The notes under the pieces: model-generated
What the model saw: the letters and a program-made list of their open reading frames with translations, nothing else
What the model was told of the DNA's origin: nothing
The model's database searches: none
From: Acrocarpospora phusangensis
Lineage (GTDB): Bacteria > Actinomycetota > Actinomycetes > Streptosporangiales > Streptosporangiaceae
Assembly (NCBI RefSeq): GCF_016862995.1
Contig: NZ_BOOA01000031.1
Coordinates: forward strand, 1-64,000
Length of the DNA: 64,000 bases
Direction of reading: 5' to 3'
In this document: positions 8,825 to 17,945 of the stretch, one piece after another
How the letters are laid out: every line of letters begins with the position of its first letter
Position numbering within the stretch: the first letter of the stretch is position 1
Translations under genes and position numbers: made by a program

Positions 8825-9514
8825 TCAGGTGGAGCGTGGCGGGCCGAAGTCGGCGCTCAGGCAGGGCATGTCGTCCGCGCCGGTCAGGCTCACCTGGGCG
8901 ATTCGCGAGACCGGCACGTCGATCATGCGTCCCCACGCGCCCGACCCCGACTGCACGGTGATCGTCCCCAGCGTCTGGAACCCGCCGTCCCTGGTGCTCA
9001 GCCTGACCGTGTACGGCCCGGCGGTCGTCCCGTACTTCACCGTGATGAAGATCCACGAGGGTGCGCCCTGGTAGGCGAAGATGCGGCCGGCGGTGCTGCC
9101 GTCCGGGGCGGTGAACGTCTTGGCCGTCATGTACCGGCCGTTGGCCGCCTCCAGGGTGCGGCGGTAGCTGTCGGCCACCCGGCGGTCGTCGGCCGTGGCC
9201 TGCCACACCCCGACCCCGCCGAGCGCCATCGCCACCAGGATCGCCGCCGCCAGCCGCAGCAGCCTCGGCCACCGCCGCCGCGGCGGGTTCAGCGCGGCCA
9301 GCACGCCGACCTCGAAACCCGGCGGCGGCTCCACCGCCGGCGCCAGCGGCAGCAGTTCGTCCACCACGAACGCGGCGGCGTCCAGTTCGCGGTTGCAGTC
9401 GGTGCAGGTGGCCACATGCCTGAGCGCGCGGGCCCGCTCGTCGCCCGCGGCCACCCCGGCCGCGAGTTCGGGAATCAGCTCCCGGACGGCCGCGCATTCC
9501 GGTGTCTCAGTCAT
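8825..9514 (-). CDS. anti-sigma factor (zinc-finger HxxxCxxC type, single-pass membrane)
   Basis: 'RHVATCTDC' zf-HC2 motif. A transmembrane segment ('LLRLAAAILVAMALGGVGVW') after the first ~90 aa. 8-nt overlap with the upstream ECF sigma gene. Confidence 0.8.
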   Translation of the reverse strand: MTETPECAAVRELIPELAAGVAAGDERARALRHVATCTDCNRELDAAAFVVDELLPLAPAVEPPPGFEVGVLAALNPPRRRWPRLLRLAAAILVAMALGGVGVWQATADDRRVADSYRRTLEAANGRYMTAKTFTAPDGSTAGRIFAYQGAPSWIFITVKYGTTAGPYTVRLSTRDGGFQTLGTITVQSGSGAWGRMIDVPVSRIAQVSLTGADDMPCLSADFGPPRST

Positions 9515-10052
9515 CGGTCACCCCCAGTTCCTGCCTCAGTCTGGCCAGTCCACGCCTGATCCGGGTCTTGACCGTGCCCAGCGGAATGCCCTCCCGGTCG
9601 GCGATCTCTTTGGCGGTAAGTCCGTAAAATACTGACATCACGATGGGGCGGCTCTGTTCCAAGGGCAGCGCCCGCAGACCCGCGCGGAGCTGGTCGGATC
9701 CGTACGGCCCGGTCTCGAACGGATCCTCCGCCGGGGCGGCGTACATCGCCCGCAGCAGCGACTCCGGGTCGGACCGGTGTTTGTGGTTCAGCCGGATGGC
9801 GTCCACCGCCAGGTTGCGGGTGATCGTCAGCAGCCAGGTGGCCACCCGGCCCCGGCGGGGGTCGTAGGTGGCGGCATGCCGCCAGACGCGGACGAACGCC
9901 TCCTGGGCCACCTCCTCGGCCAGGCCGGTGTCCCCGACCACGCTCAGCGCGAGTCCGAAGACCCGTGCCTGAAACCTCCGGACGAAGGCCGCGGCGGCCT
10001 CCGCGTCGCCCGAAGCCATCCCCGCGACGAGAGATTCATCCGACAGCGCCAC
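9507..10052 (-). CDS. ECF (sigma-70 family) RNA polymerase sigma factor
   Basis: 181 aa. Region 2 'LALSVVGDTGLAEEVAQEAFVRVW' and region 4 'LTAKEIADREGIPLGTVKTRIRRG'. GTG start. Confidence 0.85.
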   Translation of the reverse strand: MALSDESLVAGMASGDAEAAAAFVRRFQARVFGLALSVVGDTGLAEEVAQEAFVRVWRHAATYDPRRGRVATWLLTITRNLAVDAIRLNHKHRSDPESLLRAMYAAPAEDPFETGPYGSDQLRAGLRALPLEQSRPIVMSVFYGLTAKEIADREGIPLGTVKTRIRRGLARLRQELGVTDD

Positions 10053-10060
10053 ACGTCTAC

Positions 10061-10085
10061 GACGAATCGCGGACGCCGTTGGTTC
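10061..10085 (-). promoter_or_regulatory. candidate ECF-type promoter (GAACC-N16-CGTC on the minus strand) immediately upstream of the sigma-factor GTG start
   Basis: Reverse complement of 10061-10085 reads 'GAACCaacggcgtccgcgattCGTC'. The -10 element lies about 9 nt from the GTG start, which implies a leaderless or near-leaderless autoregulated transcript. Confidence 0.3.
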
Positions 10086-10123
10086 AGTGAATCTTCTGAC
10101 GATTTTTCACCGTATAACCGGGC

Positions 10124-11188
10124 GTGGAGGCCATGGTGAATGTCCGGGACTTCGAGGGCGCGGCGAAAGCCGTACTCGATCCCGTCTATTACGACTATTT
10201 CGCTTCGGGCGCGCAGGACGAGGTCACCGTACGGGCCAACGAGGAGGCGTTCCGGCGTCTCGCCCTGGTGCCCCGAGTCCTGCGTGGTCACAAGCCCCCC
10301 CGTCTCGGTCATACCGTGCTCGGCAGTCAGGCCTCCATGCCGATCATGGTGTCGCCCACCGCGTTCCACCGGCTCGCCCATCCCGAGGGGGAACGGGCCA
10401 GCGCCAGGGCGGCGGCCGAGGCGGGGGTCATCATGATCGCCGCGATGCTGGCCACCGTGGCCGTCGAGGACATGGCCGCCGAGGCCCGCAAGGTCGCCGA
10501 CGACCCCGCCCTCTGGTTCCAGCTCTACCTCCAGCCCGACCTGGGCTTCACCGAGGCGCTCGTACGCCGGGCCGAGGCGGCTGGCTGCGCCGCCCTGGTC
10601 GTCACCGTGGACTCCCCGGCGCTCGGCCGCAACGAGCGCGGCGACCGCAACGGCTTCCACGACCTGCCGCCCGGCATCCGCTGCGAGAACCTCCGCGAGG
10701 CCGGCGGCGACGTCCGGAGTGTGGTGCTCTCGCCGGAGATCTCCTGGCGGCACATCGACTGGCTGCGCGGCGTCACCGCCCTGCCGATCGTGCTCAAGGG
10801 AGTGCTCCACCCGGCCGACGCCGCCCTCGCGCTGCGCCACGGCGTGGACGCGATCCTGGTGTCCAACCACGGCGGCCGCCAGCTGGACGGCACGCCCGCC
10901 GCCGTCGACCGGCTGCCCGTGCTCGCGGACGCGGTCGGCGGCGAGATCCCGCTGCTGCTCGACGGCGGGATCCGGCGCGGCACCGACGTCGTCAAGGCCC
11001 TCGCCCTGGGGGCCAGCGCCGCCGCGATCGGCCGGCCGGTGCTGTGGGGGCTCGCGGCGGACGGCGAGCAGGGCGTCAGCCGGGTGCTCGGCCTGCTCCG
11101 CACCGAACTGCTCAACGCGCTCACGTTGTGCGGCTGCGACTCGGCCGAGTCGGTGCCGCGTGATCTCGTCGTCCGAGGAGCCATGTGA
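10124..11188 (+). CDS. FMN-dependent alpha-hydroxy-acid oxidase/dehydrogenase (glycolate oxidase / lactate oxidase / hydroxymandelate oxidase family)
   Basis: 354 aa. TIM-barrel FMN-dependent dehydrogenase signature ('SNHGGRQLDG', 'LLDGGIRRGTDVVKALALGA'). The start may be at MVNV (10133). Confidence 0.85.
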   Translation: MEAMVNVRDFEGAAKAVLDPVYYDYFASGAQDEVTVRANEEAFRRLALVPRVLRGHKPPRLGHTVLGSQASMPIMVSPTAFHRLAHPEGERASARAAAEAGVIMIAAMLATVAVEDMAAEARKVADDPALWFQLYLQPDLGFTEALVRRAEAAGCAALVVTVDSPALGRNERGDRNGFHDLPPGIRCENLREAGGDVRSVVLSPEISWRHIDWLRGVTALPIVLKGVLHPADAALALRHGVDAILVSNHGGRQLDGTPAAVDRLPVLADAVGGEIPLLLDGGIRRGTDVVKALALGASAAAIGRPVLWGLAADGEQGVSRVLGLLRTELLNALTLCGCDSAESVPRDLVVRGAM

Positions 11189-11850
11189 AGATCATCGGGG
11201 CCGGCGTCGGCCGGACCGGGACGTTGTCGCTCAAATCCGCCCTGGAAGTGCTCGGGCTCGGCCCGTGCTTCCACGGCCGGCACGTGCTCGACCACCCCGA
11301 CCGGCTCGCCCTCTGGGAAGCCGCCGCCGAGGGCAGGCCGGTCGACTGGACGGCCGTCTTCGACGGCTACCGCGCCAGTGTGGACTGGCCGGGCGCCGCG
11401 TACTGGCGGGAGCTGCTCGCCGCCTTCCCCGACGCCAAGGTCATCCTCACCGTCCGCGAACCCCAGGGCTGGTACGACAGCGTCAACCGCACCATCTACC
11501 CCATGTTCGGCAGCGGCGCCGACCCCCGCGCCCAGCACGCCCTGCGCGTCGTGCCCGGACTCGACGTGTTCACCGCCTTCCACCGGCGGATGATCTGGGA
11601 CGGCTTCTTCGGCGGCAGGTTCGCCGACCGCGACCACGCCGTCGCCGTCTACGAGGAGCACAACGCGGCCGTGCTGCGGGAGGTGCCGGCCGAGCGGCTG
11701 CTGGTCATCCAGCCGGGGGACGGGTGGCAGCCGCTCTGCGACTTCCTCGGGCTGCCGGTGCCGGTGGAGCCGTACCCGCATCTGAACGATCCCGACCGGT
11801 TCTGGGGGCGGGTGGCGGCCCGGATGGCGGAAGCCACGCGGGAAGGATGA
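11185..11850 (+). CDS. sulfotransferase family protein (Stf0-like, PAPS-dependent)
   Basis: 221 aa. 5'-PSB P-loop 'GVGRTGTLSL'. ATGA overlap with the upstream oxidase gene. Confidence 0.75.
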   Translation: MKIIGAGVGRTGTLSLKSALEVLGLGPCFHGRHVLDHPDRLALWEAAAEGRPVDWTAVFDGYRASVDWPGAAYWRELLAAFPDAKVILTVREPQGWYDSVNRTIYPMFGSGADPRAQHALRVVPGLDVFTAFHRRMIWDGFFGGRFADRDHAVAVYEEHNAAVLREVPAERLLVIQPGDGWQPLCDFLGLPVPVEPYPHLNDPDRFWGRVAARMAEATREG

Positions 11851-13196
11851 TGCTGCTCGCCGGGCTTCTGGTGGCGGTGGGGAGCCTGCCGTACTGGATG
11901 CCGAGGGCGGTGGTGGGCCTGCGGATGTGGATCTTCACGAGGATCAACGGCGAGGAGGGCATCCCGATCCCCGGGCCGCTCGTGCCCGTCGAGCGGTTCC
12001 GGCAGGTCTACGCCGACCCCGCCGCCAGCGGGCGCAGCCGCGGCGCCGCCCTCTCCGACCTGTTCTGGTACTGGCTGTCGCCCGGCGCCCACCTCCACCA
12101 GGAGCACCTGGAACCCGGCGAACGCTACGACGAGGTGGCCCGCGCCACCCGCCGTTTCCTCTCCCTGCCCACCGCCGAGGTCACCGCCCTCGCCGAACGC
12201 TGCGCCGCCCGCGTCCACCCATCCCGGCGGGTACGCCTCCGCGACCTGATGATGCCGCTCTGGGCGGAGTTCTTCTACGAGGTGGTCTTCGCCGAACGCT
12301 GCCCACCCGACGCCCGCGACCTGATCGTCGCCAACGCCGACGACGTGGTCACCGCGCTCAAGGGCTGCGGCCTGCGCCACATGGACCGCCGCCACCGCCT
12401 CACCGCCTACCTGGAAACCCGCCTCGGCGACGTACGGCATCCGCTCCCCGCCGGCCTCACCCCCCGCGAGCAGGCCCTCTACCTGCAGGGCACGTTCTTC
12501 AACACCGCCGTCGTGCAGCAGTCCGAGGCGTCCGCGCACATCCTGATGGCGCTGGCCCGGCATCCCGAGTCCCAGCAGGCTTCACTGGCCCACGTCATCG
12601 ACGAGACCTTCCGGCTCTACCCGTTGTTCGGCGTCGCCCACCGGGTCACCTCCGCCGACATCGCCGTCGACGAGCGCACGGTGCTGCCCGCGGGCTCCGT
12701 GCTCTGCTTCAACTACCCGGCCTTCCACCGCGCCGGCTTCGACCGTCCCGGCGACTTCGACCCCGGCCGGTGGGAAGGCGTGTCGGCCAAGAACGCCAAC
12801 CACATTCCGTACGGGATGGCCGCCAACCGGCCCTGCCCGGCCTGGCGGCTCTCCCCGATCGCCCTGCGCGCGGTCGTCGCCGAGCTGACGCGGCGCCACT
12901 CCTTCCACAGCACGGCCGCGCAGACGCGCTCCCTGCCCAACCGCGGGCCGTGCCTCGTGCTGCCGGCGGGGGCCAGGCCCTCCGCGCTCGCTCTGCTGTT
13001 CATCCGGGTCAGGGACCGCTGGGAGGACGTCGGGCGCGGGCTCGTGCAGCTCGTGCTCGGCAGCTACATGGTCTGGGACGCCCGGCGGGAGCGCCTGTGC
13101 GAACGCCACTTCGCGGCGAGTGGCAGCAGCAGTCCGGCTCCCGCGACCAGCATCAGCGACGTGACGATCCACTCGTTGGAGCCACCGGGGCCGTAG
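11847..13196 (+). CDS. cytochrome P450
   Basis: ExxR motif 'DETFRLYP'. Heme loop 'PYGMAANRPCPA' (degenerate FxxGxxxCxG). ATGA overlap with the sulfotransferase stop. The long upstream ORF 10719.. is an alternative-frame artefact. The C-terminal ~45 aa overlap a convergent ORF. Confidence 0.7.
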   Translation: MMLLAGLLVAVGSLPYWMPRAVVGLRMWIFTRINGEEGIPIPGPLVPVERFRQVYADPAASGRSRGAALSDLFWYWLSPGAHLHQEHLEPGERYDEVARATRRFLSLPTAEVTALAERCAARVHPSRRVRLRDLMMPLWAEFFYEVVFAERCPPDARDLIVANADDVVTALKGCGLRHMDRRHRLTAYLETRLGDVRHPLPAGLTPREQALYLQGTFFNTAVVQQSEASAHILMALARHPESQQASLAHVIDETFRLYPLFGVAHRVTSADIAVDERTVLPAGSVLCFNYPAFHRAGFDRPGDFDPGRWEGVSAKNANHIPYGMAANRPCPAWRLSPIALRAVVAELTRRHSFHSTAAQTRSLPNRGPCLVLPAGARPSALALLFIRVRDRWEDVGRGLVQLVLGSYMVWDARRERLCERHFAASGSSSPAPATSISDVTIHSLEPPGP

Positions 13197-13450
13197 ACGT
13201 ACGCGCGGCGGCCGATGTCGACGGCCGGGATGCGCTGGCCCTGGGTGAGGGCGGGGCTGCCGTACAGGTAGACGTCGCGGCGTTCGCCGCCGGCCGTGAA
13301 CGTGCCGTACCAGGAGCAGGCCTCGTGGCCGAGGTGGGAGACGCACCGGGAGTAGGTCGCGGTGAACGTGCCGGGCACCCCTTCGGCGCGGGCCGCGCGC
13401 AGCGCCGGGCCCATCGCCGGGACCGCCAGCACCAGCAGGAGCACCGCCGC
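13064..13450 (-). CDS. small membrane protein (N- and C-terminal TM segments); start approximate
   Basis: Only the C-terminal ~128 aa of ORF 13064..13993 look protein-like ('FTVAVSTTAAVLLLVLAVPAMGP...'). The upstream part is an alternative frame of the 13489..14022 gene. Confidence 0.35.
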   Translation of the reverse strand, partial: AAVLLLVLAVPAMGPALRAARAEGVPGTFTATYSRCVSHLGHEACSWYGTFTAGGERRDVYLYGSPALTQGQRIPAVDIGRRAYVYGPGGSNEWIVTSLMLVAGAGLLLPLAAKWRSHRRSRRASQTM

Positions 13451-13488
13451 CGTGGTGGACACGGCGACGGTGAACCCGGACGGCCCGC

Positions 13489-14022
13489 TCAAGCGGGCGC
13501 GCACGTGCAGGCGGCGTTCTCGGACTGCCTGCGGTGCAGGACCATGGCGACGATCATGGGGATGAAGACCAGGGTGTTGTAGAACAGGTGCAGCTCCACC
13601 CGGGGCACGATCAGCTGCGCGATGCTGGTGGGCACGGCCTTGCCGGCCAGGAAGAGGCCCGACTGCGCCTGGAAGAGCAGAAGCAGGTGCTCCAGGTGGT
13701 GCCAGACCTGGATGCCGAGCGAGATGTTCCACCACGTGCGAGCCGTTCCGGTGAACCCCTTGCGAAGCACGATCAGACCGACGAGCATGATCAACGCGTA
13801 CCCGTAGTGCAGCGCCTCGGACTTGACGACCCACGGGAAGAACTGCCCGAGAACGCCGCGCGATTCGGGGACCGGCCAGCCCAGACCCCAGATCTGGATG
13901 GCTTGGACGATGTGTTCGGCCCAGTGGGCGATGACGATGAACAGGAAGACATTGAGCGCTGTGCGGTGACCACCCGCGTTGAGCGACTGCCACCTACCTC
14001 CACGGATCGGGATCGCTGTCAT
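13489..14022 (-). CDS. integral membrane protein (about 4 TM), unknown family
   Basis: 177 aa with hydrophobic helices rich in W, H and F. Balanced composition. Confidence 0.6.
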   Translation of the reverse strand: MTAIPIRGGRWQSLNAGGHRTALNVFLFIVIAHWAEHIVQAIQIWGLGWPVPESRGVLGQFFPWVVKSEALHYGYALIMLVGLIVLRKGFTGTARTWWNISLGIQVWHHLEHLLLLFQAQSGLFLAGKAVPTSIAQLIVPRVELHLFYNTLVFIPMIVAMVLHRRQSENAACTCAPA

Positions 14023-14155
14023 CCAGGTCTCCTTGGTAATTGCCTACCTTCTCACCATGTTGTACGGGAAATCGGTGGCGGCGAGATTCCTCGACATGGT
14101 CTGAATCCCGTGACTTTCCCCCGCCGTACTACCGAATGACCCCAGGAGGAGATCG

Positions 14156-15613
14156 ATGTTCCCCGCCCCCGTTCTTGACGCGCTGCGGATGTCGCCGGAC
14201 CGTACCGCCATCGAGTACGGAGGGCGCGAGATCTCCTGCGGTGAGCTGCTCACCACCGTCGCGCGCATGGCCGCGGGACTGCGCGCCGCCGGGCTCGGCC
14301 GCGGCTGCGGCGTCGCCCTCATGACCGCCACCAACCCCGACGCGTACGCCGCCCACCTGGCCGCGCACGCCCTCGGCTGCCGGGTCGCCGCCTTCCGCCC
14401 GCGCTGGAGCGGCAAGCAGATCGCGCACGCCCTCGGCTACCAGTTCGACGCCCTCATCGTCGACCCCGGCGCTCGCCCCGGCGATCTGGACGTCCCCGTC
14501 CTCGACACCGCCACCCTGCGCGCCAACCCCGCAGGACCCCTCACCGCCGGCGCGCGCCCCGACGACATCGCCCGGCTGACCTTCACCAGCGGCAGCACCG
14601 GCCAGCCCAAGGGCTGCGCCCAGACCTACCGGGCCTTCAGCCTCGCCTACCAGCGCGACGACTGGCCGCCGCAGCTGGCCTCGCTCATGACGGCCTTCCA
14701 GCGCTGCCTCATCCACGAGAGTCTCGCCAGCCCCGTCATGATGACCTACCTCGGCCGCTGCCTCGTCGCCGGCGGCACCGTCGTCATGAGCAACGAGGAA
14801 CTCACCCCCGAGCTGCTGGAACGCCACCGCGTCACCGCCACCATGATGCCGCCGCCGCGCCTGCACGTCCTGCTCGCGACCCTGCACCAGCGCCCCGCCG
14901 ACCTCAGCGCCCTGCGCGCGGTCGTCCTCGGCGGCTCACCCGCCGACCCCGGCCTCCTCGCCGCCGCCATCGACCGCTTCGGCCCCATCGTCTGGCAGGG
15001 GTACGGCCAGGCCGAAGGCGGCGTCATCTCCATGCTCACCCCCACCGACATCGCCACCCACCCCGACGCCCTCACCACCGTCGGCCGCCCCCTCCCGACC
15101 GTCGAACTCAGCGTCCGCAACTACGAGGACCACGCCTCCGTACCCGGCCAGATCTGGGTACGCAGCCCGCACATGATGTCCCGCTACTGGAACGACCCCG
15201 ACCAGACCGCGGAGGTCCTCCAGGACGGCTGGCTCCACACCCGCGACATCGGCTACCTCGGCCCCGACGGCCTGCTCCGCCTGACCGGCCGCAGCCGCGA
15301 CGTCATCCTCGTCAACGCCGAGGTCTGCTACCCCACCGCCATCGAACGCGTCCTCGCCTCCCACCCCTCCGTCTCCGCCGCGTACGTCACCAGCACCCCC
15401 GATCCCGCCACCGGCGAAGCCGTACACGCCTTCGTCGTCCCCACCCCCGGCCACCCCATCGACAACGAAGCCCTCCTCTCCCTGGTCACCTCCTCCCTCA
15501 GCAAAGCCCACACCCCCAAAACCATCACCGTCCTCACCTCAGTCCCCACCACCCCCGCCGGCAAACCCGACAAACACGCCCTAACCACCCTCCTCCCCCT
15601 CCTCAACCCCTGA
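14156..15613 (+). CDS. AMP-dependent synthetase/ligase (acyl-CoA synthetase family)
   Basis: 485 aa. AMP-binding motif 'TFTSGSTGQPKG' and 'GYGQAEGG'. Confidence 0.85.
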   Translation: MFPAPVLDALRMSPDRTAIEYGGREISCGELLTTVARMAAGLRAAGLGRGCGVALMTATNPDAYAAHLAAHALGCRVAAFRPRWSGKQIAHALGYQFDALIVDPGARPGDLDVPVLDTATLRANPAGPLTAGARPDDIARLTFTSGSTGQPKGCAQTYRAFSLAYQRDDWPPQLASLMTAFQRCLIHESLASPVMMTYLGRCLVAGGTVVMSNEELTPELLERHRVTATMMPPPRLHVLLATLHQRPADLSALRAVVLGGSPADPGLLAAAIDRFGPIVWQGYGQAEGGVISMLTPTDIATHPDALTTVGRPLPTVELSVRNYEDHASVPGQIWVRSPHMMSRYWNDPDQTAEVLQDGWLHTRDIGYLGPDGLLRLTGRSRDVILVNAEVCYPTAIERVLASHPSVSAAYVTSTPDPATGEAVHAFVVPTPGHPIDNEALLSLVTSSLSKAHTPKTITVLTSVPTTPAGKPDKHALTTLLPLLNP

Positions 15614-15628
15614 CCCTTAAGGCACCGT

Positions 15629-16168
15629 TCAGTTTGGGCATAGACGCGGAGCGTGATGGACGGGTCGGCGTGGCGTTCGGGACACGCGGATGAAGACGGT
15701 CGTCGCCGTGGGCGTGAACTGGTTCGTGCTCATCCGCTGCCAGATCCAACTCCCGCCGCGGAGCCGCTCATGACCTCGATGTTGAAGTACTGGTTGCCCG
15801 ATCTGGTCCAGGCCGAGAACTGGCAGTTGGCTTGGGCCCCGTTCGCCACCGGGGTGATCCTCAAGCTCCGGCCCACCGAGGACCACGTCCCGTAGAGACC
15901 GCCCGAGGACAGATCGGCATAATACGAGGGGCTGTGCGCGCCGGAGGGTTCCTCCGCTGTCCCCTGGCGAGGAGACGAACTTCCCGGCGCCGCCATCGTG
16001 GTCGAAGGTGAAGCGCGACTGGGGCGGCATGAAAGTGCGGACCTCCATGTCATCGGAGAAGCTCCACGAGGCCGCCTGCGCATTCCCGGGCATTCCCACG
16101 ATCACGGATGCGACTACGGTGACCACGGCGACCGTCGTACGAGCCAGACGATGCGCGGCGCTTCTCAT
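15629..16168 (-). pseudogene. frameshifted small secreted protein (signal peptide in one frame, conserved-looking C-terminus in another)
   Basis: ORF 15629..16168 begins with a signal peptide ('TTVAVVTVVASVIVGMPGNAQAAS'), then turns Arg/Gly-rich. Overlapping ORF 15730..16083 carries a protein-like C-terminus ('ITPVANGAQANCQFSAWTRSGNQYFNIEVM'). Consistent with a +1/-1 frameshift, real or a sequencing error. Confidence 0.4.
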
Positions 16169-16589
16169 GCACGCTGCCTTCCGACGGCGGCGGCGACGAC
16201 GTCAGCAACTTCTCCCATCTCCGAGGCTCAATCTGACGAGAGGGGCACATCAGGGGTTAGACCGGGGAACTGGATCGGCCGCACAGGCGACACCACAGAC
16301 GGGGTATTGCGAGCCAACCCGCCCGCCGCCCGCCAGGAGATTCGCGTGTCTGCTTCTCTCTATCGGAGGTGCCTACCCAGACCGCCGGACGGCCCGCTCA
16401 AGCTGCTCCCGGCCTTTGGGTTGGGTTCGAGGTCGCGAGTGGTGCACCGCTGACCGGTCCACATGATTAATAGACGGATTTTGTCGGTCATTTGAAATTG
16501 CATTCGAAAATGTCAATATTTTGATTTGTCGGATGATTTGTTAACGTCCCTGTGATGTCAATGATCATTTCCGCGTCTTAAGGAACTCG

Positions 16590-17945
16590 ATGATGTCTGT
16601 GCCATCCCTCCTGCGGAGGAGGGCCCTGTCCCTGATGACCGCCGTCGTGACGGCGGTCGGGCTGGCCATCGTCCCGTCCACCGCCTCGGCCGACGTGCCG
16701 ACGCTCGTCGTCGTGCAGGATCTCCTGCTGAGGGACGACATCCACGTCACCTCCACGCACGACGAGGATTCCCCCGCGTCGTCGCTCCACGAGATTCTCC
16801 TTTCAGGCACCAAGCGCGGTCTGACGGCCCGGAGCTATCTGAAGTTCGACATGTCCTATCTGCCTGAAGGCGTCATCCGGTCGGCTACGCTGCGGCTCAC
16901 CGGGCTCGGCGCGCCGGCCTGCGGGCCCGTGGTCGGGGAGGGCGTCCAGGTGCGCCGCGTCACCGATCCCTGGTCCGGCGACTTCCTGCACTGGGACAAC
17001 AAGCCCGATTCGACCGACGAGGACGCCCAGATCGCCACCAAGGGGGTGACCACGCAGTGCGCGGTCTACCCCGACCAGGTGGAGTGGCCGATCACGGACA
17101 TCGTCAACGCCTGGGCTGGTGGCGCGGAGAACCACGGCCTGGTGCTTCAGTCCCCGGACGAGAGCACCGACGACGGCCTCTGGGCCTTCTCCTCATGGGA
17201 GAACCCTGCTGACGCCATACCCGTTCTCACGGTCACCATGGACGTGCCCTCCGTTCCGTACACGAGAGCGTCGTCCATCGCGAGTCATGAGGACGGCGCT
17301 AACACCTGGGTGGCCGGGCTGACGCCCCGTATCCAATCGCAAGTGGTCGACCCCGCCGGTGGCAGCCTGACCGCCGAGTTCGAGGTCGAGCACGATCCCG
17401 ACGCCCCCGGTCAGGGCAGCGGGCAGATCTGGACCGCCACCTCCGCCCCGGCGTCCAGCTTCGGCAGGCCCTCGGTGCTCGTGCCCGTGGGGCTTCTGGA
17501 GGACGGCTGGCGTATCCGCTGGCGGGTCCGCGCCCACAACGTGACGGCGGGCACGGTCTCCGACTGGTCGGCGTGGAACTCCGGCACTGTGGCCGCCCAC
17601 GTCCCCCAGATCAGCGCCCGTCAGGTCGTCCCGTCGTGGGAGAGCGAGGACTCGACGGTGAGCATGAGCCTGACTCCCGAACTGCGGGCCACGGTGACGC
17701 ATCCGCTCCTCGACTCGACGCGGGTGGTGTTCCAGATGGCGTACGATCCGGACGCGCCGTTGCAGGGAACCGGCCTGATCTGGGAAGAGACCGTCCTGGA
17801 CGTTCCCTCGGGCGGCCAGGCGGTGGTGACCGTCCCCGATGGCCTCGTCGACGGCGGCTTGCAGGTCCGCTGGCGGGTGGGCGCGTATGGCGGGCCGTTC
17901 CAGTCGGGCTGGTCGGACTGGCAGAAGCTCACCATCGACATGTAG
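16590..17945 (+). CDS. secreted DNRLRE-domain protein
   Basis: Signal peptide. 'SYLKFDMSYLPEGVIRSATLRL' is the DNRLRE-domain hallmark. Two internally similar C-terminal beta-rich repeats. AT-rich promoter island upstream. Confidence 0.7.
   Translation: MMSVPSLLRRRALSLMTAVVTAVGLAIVPSTASADVPTLVVVQDLLLRDDIHVTSTHDEDSPASSLHEILLSGTKRGLTARSYLKFDMSYLPEGVIRSATLRLTGLGAPACGPVVGEGVQVRRVTDPWSGDFLHWDNKPDSTDEDAQIATKGVTTQCAVYPDQVEWPITDIVNAWAGGAENHGLVLQSPDESTDDGLWAFSSWENPADAIPVLTVTMDVPSVPYTRASSIASHEDGANTWVAGLTPRIQSQVVDPAGGSLTAEFEVEHDPDAPGQGSGQIWTATSAPASSFGRPSVLVPVGLLEDGWRIRWRVRAHNVTAGTVSDWSAWNSGTVAAHVPQISARQVVPSWESEDSTVSMSLTPELRATVTHPLLDSTRVVFQMAYDPDAPLQGTGLIWEETVLDVPSGGQAVVTVPDGLVDGGLQVRWRVGAYGGPFQSGWSDWQKLTIDM

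Noticed and set aside
10719-13196. 825-aa ORF spanning the oxidase, sulfotransferase and P450 genes
   Set aside because: The upstream 376 codons are an alternative frame of the oxidase and sulfotransferase genes. Only the part from ATG 11847 is the P450.
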